A stretch of DNA of 59,465 nt, counting the filler, from Catajapyx aquilonaris (lineage: Eukaryota): assembly GCA_000934665.2 (NCBI GenBank). It is 3 parts of 3 records of this genome, joined end to end, with 100 filler letters (N's around TTAATTAATTAA, not from the genome) between each part and the next. Parts side by side here need not be neighbours in the genome. Positions count along the whole stretch, not along the records: positions 19,831 to 39,565 come from JYFJ02006400.1; positions 39,666 to 59,465 come from JYFJ02006401.1; 1 more part is not named here. One strand, 5' to 3'. Position numbers and translations under genes: made by a program. The notes under the pieces are model-generated. The model saw only the letters and a program-made list of their open reading frames with translations. It did no database searches and had not been told where the DNA came from. Numbering within the stretch: the stretch's first letter is position 1; each line of letters begins with the position of its first letter. Below, in pieces: positions 37,336-50,296 of this stretch.

Positions 37336-38536
37336 ATGCTAGAGTAGGTTATCGCGTCACCACAGACGGCCGGGGAGTTGGTGGTGGCTGTGTCGCAAAA
37401 ACGGCAGCAGGCAGGCTGAAGGATAGACGTGTATCCTCTGAATATAGGTCTGTATCCACAAGGAAGGAAAGTTAGGTTAGGTTGGTACAGCATACCCCTT
37501 CCCAAATCCAAAAAACCAAAATCCAAACTAATAATCAATACTTGCGCCCTTGCGTTTGCGACACAGCCACTGCTCCGTCCACTAGTCACCCTCCCGATTT
37601 TTGCGATGTCTCTCTTCCCTACTACTTCCCAAAATAATTGAGTTAGGTGTAGTTTAATCTAGTTCTCCCAGGGTATTTTCAGATACGGATATTACAATTT
37701 CCTAGGGAAAAATTCGAAATCATTCTTATTTTCATTCCATTAGGGATTTTAAAAGCCTTTAAACTTCAAACCCTCATAATTATCTCAAAATTTCTCAAAG
37801 GTGACGTTGATCATCCTACATTTCAGTTCTTCATATGTAAAGACCCATCAACAAAACCGTTATTTTTTAGTAGATGACGTCGAATGGGAACTGATGCGTC
37901 AGATAAATGAGTCTGTGCCTGCTGTGGTTTGAAAAGCAATATACAGCAATCTACCATTCGAGCAAGCACTCCGCTTCTAAACTGTAATCGAATCTAGTCG
38001 CCAGTTATTATGTCAAGTTATGGTAACTGTATATTGGTAATACTAATACACCTATCTAATTTCTACAAAGCAGTGCGTCTAAATACATAAGAGGTAACCT
38101 GCGGCCCAAACATAGTGCACGCATCCCCTTCCCCTCCTGCCTTCACCATTGACGACGCCGTTCTGCATGCATGAGCTGACGGTTACTAACTGGCTAAAGA
38201 TTACTTTAGGGAAAACTGGTTTACGGGAGACATTTCCACCAGGACGTCATAAACTTTCCTATTTACCGATAATTAAACTTGCAATGTCATCAAATCCTCG
38301 TCATGAGAGCGTTGCGCACCCTCTAAGTGGCTTTTCTGGAGAGGCAATGTGGATTCAGGCTGCAGCAATCAGATTGAAACTCCTGTCCAGATTAATTGTC
38401 ACCCTTATAGGCCTACCTTGTATTGCCTCTAATAGCCACAGCGGCAACTGCTTTTTAGGGCTTCTGAAATGTGGCACAGAAGACTGTTGGAATTTCCGCA
38501 AAATACGTACTACCGTAATATAAATTATGATTTAAA

Positions 38537-38795
38537 GGGGAGGCGGAGTGGCGCTGCGGTACTAACGTATGCACCCGCGGATGTAAGGGTTCCGGGTTCG
38601 ATCCCAAGCCCGGGCTTTCCCCCCTTCATCTCATGCATAGTTGGGTCGTCTCTGGCTTCGTCTCGGGTGGAATCTCGGACAGACTAATCCATCACCCGGG
38701 GGAATTCACAAAATGTACCGTTTGAGACACTGCACTTGCACTTTGCACATCCCCTCCCAGTCACCCTTCCCTCGCTCGTGGTACCCGGGCGTTAC
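38537..38795 (+). mobile_element. SINE family 1, 3'-truncated
   Basis: ggggaggcggagtggcgctgcgg head, B box ggttcgatccc, conserved body, no tail. Confidence 0.8.
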
Positions 38796-38858
38796 GGAAA
38801 AGGACCAACGAAAAGCTTGTAGGCCTACACCTTAAAAAGCAATAAAGGTACTGTAGTA

Positions 38859-39018
38859 CAGTGTTGGTCATATATCGAGGCAACCGCCAGCGACATATTC
38901 CGAAGTGGCAGAAGAAGGAATCTTGCTCGCCCGACTTGAAGTATCCTTATCTTCGATTCCTTTTTCTGCCGCTTCGGAAAATGTCGCTGGCAGTTGCCTC
39001 GATATATGACCAACACTG
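38859..39018. mobile_element. Tc1/pogo-type MITE
   Basis: TA-cagtgttggtcatatatcgaggcaac...gttgcctcgatatatgaccaacactg-TA. Confidence 0.9.
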
Positions 39019-39061
39019 TACCGTGACAGATGCCCATTAAAAATGGGCTGTGCACTAACCC

Positions 39062-39062
<1 letters not shown>

Positions 39063-39143
<81 letters not shown>

Positions 39144-39374
39144 TTTTGTTATTTTTATTTTATTGATACCCCGTGCTCGAGCCTTCGGCTCGTTTAGGGG
39201 GGTGGCATACCACCATCAGTTTTCTGTTTTTTCTTCAATCTCCGTGCAAGGGCTGGTTCAGGATATAGGGTAGGGAAAGGGATTGTTGGGGAGGGGACAC
39301 TTGTGCAGGTGCATTGTCCTATGGCTTTTGGGCCATGTGCAGTCCCCCAGGAGGTTAGGTTGCCAGACACCTCC
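39063..39374 (-). mobile_element. Retroposon 3' end with stem-loop and (AAT)n tail
   Basis: Minus strand cccctaaacgagccgaaggctcgagcacggggtatc resembles the 3' end at 22132-22170; A-rich then trinucleotide tail. Confidence 0.5.
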
Positions 39375-39497
39375 TTGGTGCAGCCTTTCACCTCTGAGGT
39401 CCCGAGTTCTATCCCCGGGTCGGACGGAGGACTTATGTGGACAGAGTTTCGATGGGTTCTCTCGTTTCATCCCGCAATCAAAATTCATCACAGCGCA
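39375..39497 (+). mobile_element. SINE family 2 fragment
   Basis: B-box-like gagttctatccc; tgggttctctcgtttcatcccgcaatcaaaattcat matches the reverse complement of ~22215-22262. Confidence 0.55.
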
Positions 39498-39565
39498 GGC
39501 AATGATTAACCCTTTGATGACGGAGTTTTTTTTCCCCCTTTTCCGGAAATTTTATGACCTAGCCG

Positions 39566-39665
39566 NNNNNNNNNNNNNNNNNNNNNNNNNNNNNNNNNNN
39601 NNNNNNNNNTTAATTAATTAANNNNNNNNNNNNNNNNNNNNNNNNNNNNNNNNNNNNNNNNNNNN
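39566..39665. other. Assembly gap with artificial spacer
   Basis: 44 N + TTAATTAATTAA + 44 N. Confidence 0.97.
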
Positions 39666-40153
39666 GCTTCCCCACCTTGGTCACATCCCGAAAGCCACCC
39701 TTCCGCACCGCCTCAGGGACGACCAATTTGATTTTCTGAGAAATCTCCGGGTCTGGAACCTCATCCACAAAATCGACCACCGCAGGGAACGACGGCTCAG
39801 CCCGCGGCAGGGACGGAAAGGCCCGAGCCACGTCGCGTCGGCGAAGGACGGTCCCACCCCCGGACCGGACACCTGGCGCTCCAACTCGCCCACCGCCGAC
39901 TGCGTACCCGCCGGACGGGCCCCAGCCTCCGCCATCCGATCCAGATCCCTGTTGACCTGTTGGGCATTCCGCAACGTCGCTGCAATAGCAGACAGCTCGG
40001 CCAACTTAACCTTGGTATCCGCGTGGGCCAACCTCTCCAAGCCCAACTGCTTCTCCCCAGCATGTACCCTGCTGAACATTACGGACATCAGGTCGCGAAT
40101 ACCCCCCAATGCCTCCAAAACCACAACTCTGTCTTCCAGGGAGAACGACACCT
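39666..40153 (-). mobile_element. 5' part of a non-LTR retrotransposon (ORF1-like), running into the gap
   Basis: Abrupt GC-rich segment with a coiled-coil-like ORF (39681-40151) and an apparent frameshift near SFAD; begins exactly at the 14-mer 40154-40167 inside a cadherin exon. Confidence 0.7.
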
Positions 40154-43100
40154 AAAAGCATTGGTCTGCGAGATAATTTCGTATCCAATAATAGAGTAGT
40201 TTCCTGGGAATAAGTAACATTATACTTTACATTTACACCATATTATACTTCCAAATGAAATAATCCAAGGGAATACGAAAAGGACTTTAAGTAATAGTAA
40301 ATTAATTTTAGAACCATATAAATTGCTATTGTTTTGGATTAATTTTTCAGGTTTAGTTGTCGATCTGCAGTAATTGAAACAAATCATGCTGATTATTTAA
40401 TCTGGGCAAATTTCAAATGAGTTAAACTCAGTCGACTGTTCTGTGCGCGTCTGCTGATTGTTGCCCGGTTTTGGCTTACTGCACCTTGATCCTTGTCGGT
40501 GGCTTGAATTTGAGTCAGGGAGGATCCATTGTTAGGATTTTCGTATATGCTGAAGTGAGTTTTTTCAGTCTCGTTGAAAACGGGATAATTGTCGTTCTCG
40601 TCATTTACAGTAATGTTGATCTGTAAATTAGAATGGAAGCAATTAGTTGATTAGATCAGTATGGGACTCGCATTATCTATCTAATAAGTTTTGATGGTAG
40701 ACCCTACTGGTATAATATACAGTACGGCACGTCGTAAACGTGATTGGACACTGGCCATTTCATGCGTAGAAAATAATTGTGCGGCCTTATGATTGAACGC
40801 ATTGTCATCCTTAGTTTCCCAGACAGGTTACATTCACATTTTGATGTCAGTATTTTGCCATTACAAGAGTAATCATATACCTGGACAGAATCCTGATATT
40901 TTCCATCCGACACGGTGAGATTGTAACAAAGGAAGGCGAATGTCTCCCTGTCGATGTTTGCGGCCACGAGGAGGTCAGCTGCGGTCTTTTTCTGGCTCAC
41001 TGTCAGCTTGACCAGGGAAGAGATATCCCCGGATGATTCGCAATCCTCGATTGACCAATCCAGATTCGGCTTTTCATCCTTGTCACTCGCTTCGAATGTG
41101 AAGATCTTCTGACCAACAGGGGAATTTTCGTCCACGTTCAAATCCTTCGCGTTGAATGACGATATCACCGGGGGGTTGTCGTTTATGTCGTCTATTTTTA
41201 CAGTCAGTGTACCTGCCAAATTAACGAGTAACCTTAATCACATAATTACGATTGCATGTTTGCAAGCCCGCATTATATAGCTAAGATAATTATTTCGTAT
41301 TATTTTCAACTGTTGCTTTCTGGTTGCTTTTGTAAAATTTTGCAATGGAATAGGTTAATCAATAATCATGCCTTTTCACTCGACAAAACCGGCTGTAAAC
41401 TTATGCCGGGCTTTTGTATGCAACGCAGGATATAATAAAAGTATATTGCCGTAAGACGAATGTAAGTATTACCGGTAACTGGCTATAGATTACCTGTAGC
41501 GGATGATGTCCCCAACACAGTGTTTTCATCCCGTACTTTTATGACTACAACGAGTGTATCTATTTCTTCCCTGTCCAGTTCAGGATTCAAAGACGTCATG
41601 ACTATTCCCTTAGCTTTATGTAGTCCATATTCTGAAGTTTGGTCTTCTGTCTTAATATCCACGCTCCTGTAATGGAATAATGTCAGTCCATGATGCTGAC
41701 GACGATGATCATTGTTGTCTTACCCTACGTAATTGCAGGTAGTGTTGTCCACAACGTCTCCTTGTTTAAGAGCATACGTGTGTGTCCAATCTATCGAGAA
41801 CATCAGTTTTGCTTCTGTGTCTTGGTCAGTAGCAGTGATACCGTCCGTGACAGTGTCCTCACTTGTTTGGTTCTCCTTCACGTGGAATTGAGTGTACGGC
41901 TGAAACATGGTGGCACAATTTTACCATCAATGGTCTCATTTATGATTTAAATGGTGCCTGTTAGTCTACGCGGTTTCGACCATTACCACTTTTATAATAG
42001 GCTGGGTGTCGTCCACATCTAAGGCGTCGATTATCAACTCCACTGAAGAAGACAAGCTTCCGGCTAGTCCATAGCTGTCTTTGGCAAGGATGGTCAACCG
42101 CATTTGTCTCATTGACGGTGTTTCGTAGTCAAACACGTTGTCTTGTATCACGGTGATTATTCCGGTTTTGTTATCAATTCCGAAGTTATCGTTATCCATC
42201 AGGGAGAATCTGCAAAAAAAATTATTGACGTTACATGCTAGGATGTTATTCAATCATGGCGAATCTGCTTAATAAAAGCACTAATAATATCACTGCTTGA
42301 GTAAAGGTTACACCATCCTGTATAATTGCAGTTCTGTAAAGAGTAGCGTACATGCAAGAAGGGCATATCATCAGTGAGGACAGTTCGCTACAATTGTGGT
42401 GTGATGTACACCACTTACCATCTTAAGCCGAAAATATTTATACGGATATTTAAGAATGGCTCTTGAGTATATCGGTACCCCTTTAAATGTTAGTTTCGAA
42501 TACCCTTATATCTTTATTAATGACCAACCCAAAGCACTTGGTTGATATTTGCAATCATTTCGCAACACTAAACAACAGGGATACAACTTTTTTTGGGATA
42601 AAAATGCACTAGGGACTCAGTCAATATTCATGACCTCGTTTTTCGAGAAAGTCTGGTATAAAATACGAATAGCATAACTTTGGTAAATGGAAACAGATCG
42701 TGAACGTGATCGTCTCACAAACACAGGAATACAGATAAACCAACAACTGTCACCTGATGCTGCTATTTCCGAATGTTTGGGTAGAGTCTCTGTCCATAGC
42801 AGACACCTGGAAGACTGTGCCTTTGGTGATGCTCTCGTTCACCTTCGTATCCTGATTTATCACAGCCCAAGAATTCAGGGGGGTTGTCGTTGATGTCCGT
42901 CAGGTCAATGGTCACTTCAGCTTCGGCTGTATGGCTACTGCTTCCCTCTTCTACGAAAACCATCTGCAAATAAAAATGGCATATGCTATACCTTGGACAG
43001 TGCAAGTGGAATGATGACCCACTGACTCTGAAAGTGATGTGTCGCCACTCTTCATCTTCGTAATCGAGCAGGGAGCTATTGATCACATTGAGAGAGAATG

Positions 43101-45220
43101 TGGCAGTGTTGAATCCGGTTGGGGGACTGATTTGAAACGCTGCTGTGTAGTCTGGACCGTCTGTATTTGTCTTCTCTAAGATGGCTTGAAAAGTACCGTT
43201 GATTCCCTGCATAAACGTGAAAGGTACGTAAGACATTTGGCCAGAGAAACGTACGGCACGGTTGATACTCACTGTGTCTGGATCCCACACAGTGACGGTC
43301 TTGTTGAATGGAATCGCAGACGAGAACTTCTCTGGTATGGTGGATGAAAAAGTCTCCTCCGTAGTGTGGTTAGGCAGGAACACAGGAGAGTTGTCGTCAA
43401 TATTTAGTATAGTAATTGAATAAGTAATGCTTATATTGTGAATAGGAGCCTCTATCTCAGCATAGGCCACCAGAGTCAAGGTGATGGCGGTCGAATTCAT
43501 GGTGTCAGCATCAATGTCCTTTGCCACGGTGATCACTCCCTCTGTAGGAGTACTGTTCAGGTAGAAGTAGTCCTCCTTGTTTCCTGAAAGTACAGAAAGT
43601 CTGATAGGAGTTGCACCTTTTGTGATTAAGAAATTAGCAATCATTGTTTATCAAACCTGCGCTTATGAAGTAGCCGATGGCGTAGTCCAATTCCACGTCG
43701 CCTCGCACTGCTTGTATAGTTGCCACTTCAGTACCCTGTCATTACAATGGAATATGTCATTGTGTAGAATGTTGCTTATTTTTTAAAATGTATGTACGAC
43801 CCTGATGCTGCGTGTGAATGTATAGTGAATGTTGAGCACAAATATTATGCATTTTGCTTATTATTTAATTCAGTAGTAATTGAGTAATGCTACTACCTGC
43901 TAAGACTTGGAAGACTCACATGGTGGGGTTTTCCATTCATTCGAATAGCACAACCTCAATAATCGAGTGTTCCCAACAATTACTCTCTCTCTATATTTAT
44001 GTACTGCACACGCACTTTAACCTGTAAGTCTGTAAGATTACTTACCACCGGTGTATTCTCAGCAACCATCACTGCAGGCTCGATGTGTTTCCACGTCGGA
44101 GGCATGTCTGGCTCGTCTTGCACCGACACAGACACGTCCACTGAGATGTTATGCAATTCTTGAGAGTCCTGAAAAATGAATATTTAGTTAGTTGTAACAA
44201 CCACAATTGTTATTAACAGACTGTCACATGCTCCATTCAACTCACAAATACAGTGATGTGCAGGAGGTGAAACTGTGACGTTTCGAAGTCCAGAGGTTTC
44301 ACAACACTTAACCATCCAGTGGAACTGTCCAGATGAAAGCAGTCCATCTCGCTGTCTTCCTCCTGAAAATACCAATAATACATTTGGCGAACGTCATCAA
44401 TGGAGATGTTCAAACGCTTCGTCCGTCTCCTCCATCGGGGAAAAATTCCACTTACTTTAAATGTAAGGCTGCACGTCAGATGCTTGTCCATGGTGTCAAC
44501 GTCAGTCGCTATGTACTGTACCCACTTAATAATTTTCTGCAGGAAAATGTGGAGATATGTAAAATAATCTGCTGTGTTTTACTATTGGACTCGACTCACT
44601 TGGTTTTCGTTAATTTTGAGGTTATTCTCGGATGACACCCACTGCGGCCGGTTGTCGTTTATGTCTTTGATATCTAGCCCAAAGAAGTCAATATGAGGAT
44701 TGAAGCTGACTGCAAAAGTCTTATCTGCTTGGTATTCGTAGTCGAGAGGTTGGCATGTCAAGCTCATGTTCGTAAGAACCGATAAAGTGTGACTAGGGAG
44801 CGGTCCACCATGATCTATTCCAGAGATGCTCGTAACAGTTGGAATATTGCCTGTAAATTGTGCGAATATGAGAAGAAACATCAAACCAGATGAAAATCAC
44901 TGTCAACCTCAGGTTTTTAAAAAAGCGAGTCTGACCAGTGAAATTTAACTTTGCCACAATCTTTATATCCAGGTCTTCTGGGATTGTGATAGTTAAACCA
45001 TCCTTGCTTATCGTGACCCCTTTCTCCGCAGCTTCAGGATCTTCTACGATCGGCGGGTTACCCCATTTAACTGAAACCACAGTAAATTAGCCACGGCTTC
45101 CCAACACTATGGTATTCAACACTTCCTCTACGTACATGGTTCGGCTTCACATCCGATCACAACAACGAGGCAGCAACACGCCAACACAAACCGACTTCCT
45201 CCAGCCATTGTTGAGGCCAT
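40154..45220 (-). pseudogene. BtR/Cad88C-type cadherin, 5' half (signal peptide plus EC repeats); frameshifted and LINE-interrupted
   Basis: GT-AG exons 45220-45136, 45070-44936, 44850-44600, 44536-44456, 44362-44246, 44168-44046, 43735-43657, 43583-43273, 43206-43027, 42963-42754, 42209-41987, 41899-41724, 41666-41494, 41212-40881, 40620-~40485, 40203-40154; DINDNPP, LDYE/LDRE and ATDxD motifs; phases agree except exon 10. Confidence 0.85.
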
Positions 45221-46996
45221 GGATTCCGTCACTATAAAGAGAAACTATATCTCTTTATGTCACCATCAAAACGCGTCAACCATTTAGAACGCACCTGAAG
45301 CTCTTGACGCACCAGGAAAATTTGCAATCAGTGTCCCTTCTTATCATCCTGTTTTGTTCACCTTGCTTTCACATATTGGTCAGACATGCACTCTGATAAG
45401 ATGACCACATTGCGGCAGATATTATTTGTTCATTCCATCTCAATTCAGTAAATTGTCTGAAAAGTTGTGGCTCGACCCCTTCCGATTTAACTGAAAAAAA
45501 TCTTGTAGGTTGCGATCCGTATCTTATTGCGAAATCCTAAAGTGGCGGCCGTTGGAATCAAATTTCACGGAGATATAGCAATGGAAATTTCAGCAATGAC
45601 GTCCATAGAAAGTATTTTTATCTGTTCATACCGTTCTCCCAACACCCACATGTTATATATTAAATGGAAGGTAATGCAGAGCGGAATAAGATGGTTACAA
45701 AATATTCTCCCTACCTCTACAAACGAAGTCGAAAATAATTCACACATTTATGTTCAAATCACTCTATATTCCCGATAGCCGTAACTCATAACATTATGAT
45801 TTTAACGAAGTGATATTTAGGATGTAGGGCAATCACCGTTGCTGATATGCACATGCAAAACTTCATTGTATGTACTAGGTCACGCTGGGCTGGAAATTTA
45901 AAAATCTCGAAAATACGAATCACCGCATTTTGCCTATATTCGACCTCAGATTCCCGATGTGGGACTAGACCGATTTTGACTTTGGTATGTCAATCGATTC
46001 CTTGGATCATCCCCTATTCAGAAATGCATAAACCATTCCTTACCCATGAACGATACCACCATGGAAACACTTATAATTCTCAAATCCAGTTTTTCTTACT
46101 GTCAATAATGGTCACAGTACTTTCAATAGGATAATTTGATCGTTTGTAAATATATTATAAGTGGTGTATCAATGTAAAACGTAACTACCGGAGAAATCAT
46201 TCGTTCCGATTCGTTCTCGGATTAAATGCGACATTAATACAGACACAAATCGGGAATTTTCTATCACCTGACCTTTGTCCTATAAATTAAGGCACAATTT
46301 ATACACAAAATGGAAAATCACTTTAATAGTCTCGTTACCCCTACAAAAAATATTATTATATCTTTCTTCGAGATCGGCCTGCATGTGGGTATAGAGTAGG
46401 GCACTACACAAGTAAATGGTGGGATTTCTCCTTCAAAAAAGAGTTTTTTTGCGCCTCAGTCGCATGATTTTGTTGCAAAGTCATTGGGGTTGCCAGTTGA
46501 TATCAACAAACTCGCGAGGTGTTCCCATGTGAAGTCAGCTTTACATGTCAAGGGTCTCCTAGAAAACATGCATTATAGTGTCTCACAATCATTTGAATCT
46601 GTTGTTGATGAAAGGAATAGTGATACAGACAATGTCTGACGTGAGTGCAATATTTTAAGTTTTATTAATAACTGGATGGACAATTACATATAGAAATATC
46701 CTGGTGATATGTTTGTCGTGTCAATACTACTGTGTAGTAAGTTTTTCGAAAAATCATGCTTACTCAGTGTCATTATCTCTGAAACTGATATGACCTTCAC
46801 CATTGCCATCCTCCACCATTGTGTCCTCTACCATTCCCATCAGAAGAGTACGTATCGTATTAATATTACCGAAGGAATCATAAAGTGACAAATTTTTGCT
46901 AGTATATGGAAGTGCGTTTTCGCCTTTTCCTGAGAAACTATAGAAATCATGATTTTTCCATACGATCTCTTCACTTGTCGTCAATCTTTAGTAGGC

Positions 46997-47801
46997 CTAC
47001 ACTACGTATATTGAACATGTCGTGCTGATATTCTGAATAGGCGCCTGTATCTCAGCATAAGCCACCAGAGTCAATGTGAATGCGGTGTCGGGGACAAGGT
47101 CCTTTGCCACGGTGATCACACCCTCTGTAGGAGTACTGATCAGCTGGAAGTAACCCTCCTCGTTTCCTGAAAGTACAGAAGAGAGAAAGAGAAAGAAGAG
47201 AGGAAGTACAGAAGAGAACCTTATGCAATGAGGAGTCAAGTGATCATTGTTTATCCAACCTGCTCTTATGAAGTATCCGATGCCATAGTCCAGGTCCACG
47301 TCGCCTCGCACTGCTGCTATTGTTTCCACTTCAGTACCCTGTCAATACAGTATAGCCGGGGGAGTTGGGAGGAATAATTGATATACCGTACACTGTACTC
47401 CCGATTATCCGTGCTAAATGAATGCACGGGTGTGCCCAGATAATCCAAAAATAGCTCTAGAAAAAGGAGCCATTCAGAGGCTTGAAATAAAATGATACAG
47501 TACATAGTCATAGTGTATACGTTGCTTTAAATCAGGTATAATCAAAATAATAAAACTTATCATATAGTTTTTTCCTGGATAAATCTGCTATATTTCTTTG
47601 TTTGCGAGACATACTGACATTCTTTCTGGCTTTTATTTCTAACTTTCGCTTTGTCGATGCACGGATAATCCGAACCCAGATAATCGGGATGACATTGTAT
47701 TTATAGTGAAAAGAAATGATGCAATTTTAGGCAAGTTTCCAGAGTGAATGTGGCAATGGTAACTGACAAATAATAATTAATATCATGTTTGTAGGCCTAC
47801 T

Positions 47802-47842
<41 letters not shown>

Positions 47843-49574
47843 CAACAATAATCCGGGTAGTGCACGAACTCATTACGAGTTATATGGCACGGACCTTTAT
47901 TATTACTCATATACAGTATACATTGGACCTGATGACGTAGCGCCCGGGCCCACGGGCAGGGTGACAGGCGGGGATGTGCAAGGTGCAGTGCAATGTCATT
48001 ATGTGGCCATTTTTAGTGAACTCCCCCGGGTGGTTTAGTCTGTTGGAAATACCACCCGAGACGAAGCCAGAGGTGACCCTGAACTCTGCACGAGATGAAG
48101 GGGGTGTCCCCGGGCTGGGATCGAACCCGGGACCTTAACATCCGTGGGCGCATACGTTACCGCAGCACCCCTCCACCTCCCCCATTTGTAGGCCTACTTA
48201 TGCGAGGTGTTACCTATATGCTGTAGTTACCGACAACTATACTGAGTCAGATTTTAAGTTATTTTGCCTGATTTATGCTTTCATTAGAAACGCATGCACG
48301 CAATAAACCAAGAGTATGAAATATGGTTCCACCTTTTTTGTAATTATTTCCATTTGTATAATAAGCCTGCGTAATAACCTTAGATTACTCACCACAGATG
48401 TATTATTAGCAATATTCACTGCAGGCTTGATGTGCTTCCAAATCGGAGACATGTCTGGTTCGTCTTGCACCCACACAGACACGTCCACTGAGATGCTGTG
48501 CAATTCTTGAGAGTCCTGAAAAATGAATATTTAGATAGTATGTTATAACAACCATAATATTATTAACAGACTGTCACATGCTCCATTCAACTCACAAATA
48601 CAGTGATGCGCAGGAGGTGAAACTGCGATGTTTCGAAGTCCAGAGGTTTCACAACACTTAACCATCCAGTGGAGCTGTCCAGATGAAAGCAGTCCATCTC
48701 GCTGTCTTCCTCCTGAAAACGCCAATAAATCCGGCGAACGTCATCAATGGATATGTTCAAATGCTTCGTCCGTCTCCTCCATCGGGAACAATTTCCACTT
48801 ACTTTAAATGTAAGGTTGTACGTCAGCTGCTTGTCCATGGTGTCAACGTCGGTCGCTTTGTACTGTACCCACTTAATAATTTTCTGCATGAAAATGTGGA
48901 GATACGTATGTAAAATAATCTGCTGTGTTTTGATATTGGACTCGACTCACTTGGTTTTCGTTAATTTTAAGGTGAGTCTCGAATGACACCCACTGCGGAG
49001 GGTTGTCATTGACGTCTTTGATATCCAGCCCAAAGAAATCTATCCCAGGATTAAACGTGACTGAAAAACTCTCATCCACTTGGGATTCGTAGTCGAGAGG
49101 TTTGCATGCCAACCTCTTGTCCGGAAGAACCCATAAAGTGTTACAAGGGAGCAAACTACCCGTATCTATTCCACTGATGATAGTAACTACTGGAGTATCG
49201 CCTATAAATTGCGAAAGCCTCATTAGCCAACCAGATGCAAATTCTCTGTCAATCGCAATTTTGTTTATAAAAAATGCTAGTCTGACCTGTAAAATTTAAC
49301 ATTGCCACAATTTCGATGTCCAGGTTTTCTGGGATTGTGATAGTGTCACCATACTTGTTTATCGTGACGCCTTTCTTCGCAGCTTCAGGATCTTCTAGAA
49401 TCGGCGGGTTACCCCATTGAACTGAAACCACCGTGAATTAGCCACTACCCACCGATACTATGACTGTAAATTTGTAATGCAATACTGCAAGTGCTTACAT
49501 TCTGCGGCCACACTTCCCAGCACAACAATGAGGCAGCACCAAATCAAGGCGACCCTAGTCTCTCCAACACCCAT
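46997..49574 (-). CDS. Truncated cadherin paralog, ~343 aa, signal peptide plus ~3 EC repeats, no TM (secreted form or pseudogene)
   Basis: Exons 49574-49499, 49421-49287, 49201-48951, 48883-48803, 48712-48596, 48515-48393, 47338-47260, 47166-46997; exons 2-7 have the same sizes as in the neighbouring copy; open frame to TAG at 46999-46997. Confidence 0.7.
47391..47697. mobile_element. Pogo/Tigger-like MITE in a cadherin intron
   Basis: TA-cactgtactcccgattatccg ... gataatcgggatgacattg-TA with subterminal gataatc repeats. Confidence 0.7.
47805..48184 (-). mobile_element. Full-length tRNA-derived SINE family 1 in a cadherin intron
   Basis: 17-bp TSD tttgtaggcctacttat (47788-47804, 48185-48201); B box ggttcgatccc and degenerate A box; (GTT)/(ATT) tail. 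Confidence 0.92.
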
Positions 49575-50212
49575 TGTTGTGGCAATGGATTTCTTCACTA
49601 AGGAGCAGAACCTTCTCCTTCCTTTCACCAGCAAAACATGCCAACAATTATTAGAACGCAGCTAGAGCAATAATAATTGATGATCCAGGAAAAAATGCGT
49701 ATCTGATATTGCAATCTGATATTTTCTTGTCAATATGATTGGGTCTTCTACGGTTTAGAGATACTGGCAGATAAGATGTAAATGTTCCAACATTGATTTG
49801 TGCAAAATCCACATTGTTATCTTTCATTTCCTGGTCACACGGAGCCTTGAGTTACATTACACTTTGCAATTATATGACAACTATCTGATAATGAAAGTTT
49901 ATCCTCTATGCAGAGTCTTTCAACTGGTGACAATGTCAGGGTTAATTGCTACAGTGTTCCTCCACCTAATATACAGGATAAGAGAGACAAATTTGAAATA
50001 TATCTTGTTGCTCCATCCAATGTAATCCATGCACCTTTCGGTCAGGTACCGGTATCTAGGGTAAAAGATATTCTGATGATCAAAAATGAAACAGCTGAGA
50101 AATTGCGTGAATTAATTGCGAGGGTTTCAGAGGCATCCTTATGAGTTACCCTCTCTGATAATATGTAGCCTACATTATGTTTCTTACGGCCTTAGAAGGA
50201 ATGATATTCGCC

Positions 50213-50296
<84 letters not shown>
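50213..50296. repeat. (ATT)n microsatellite
   Basis: ~28 repeats. Confidence 0.95.

Noticed and set aside
38537..38612. tRNA-like sequence with A and B boxes
   Set aside because: SINE head continuing into a shared body; no convincing cloverleaf
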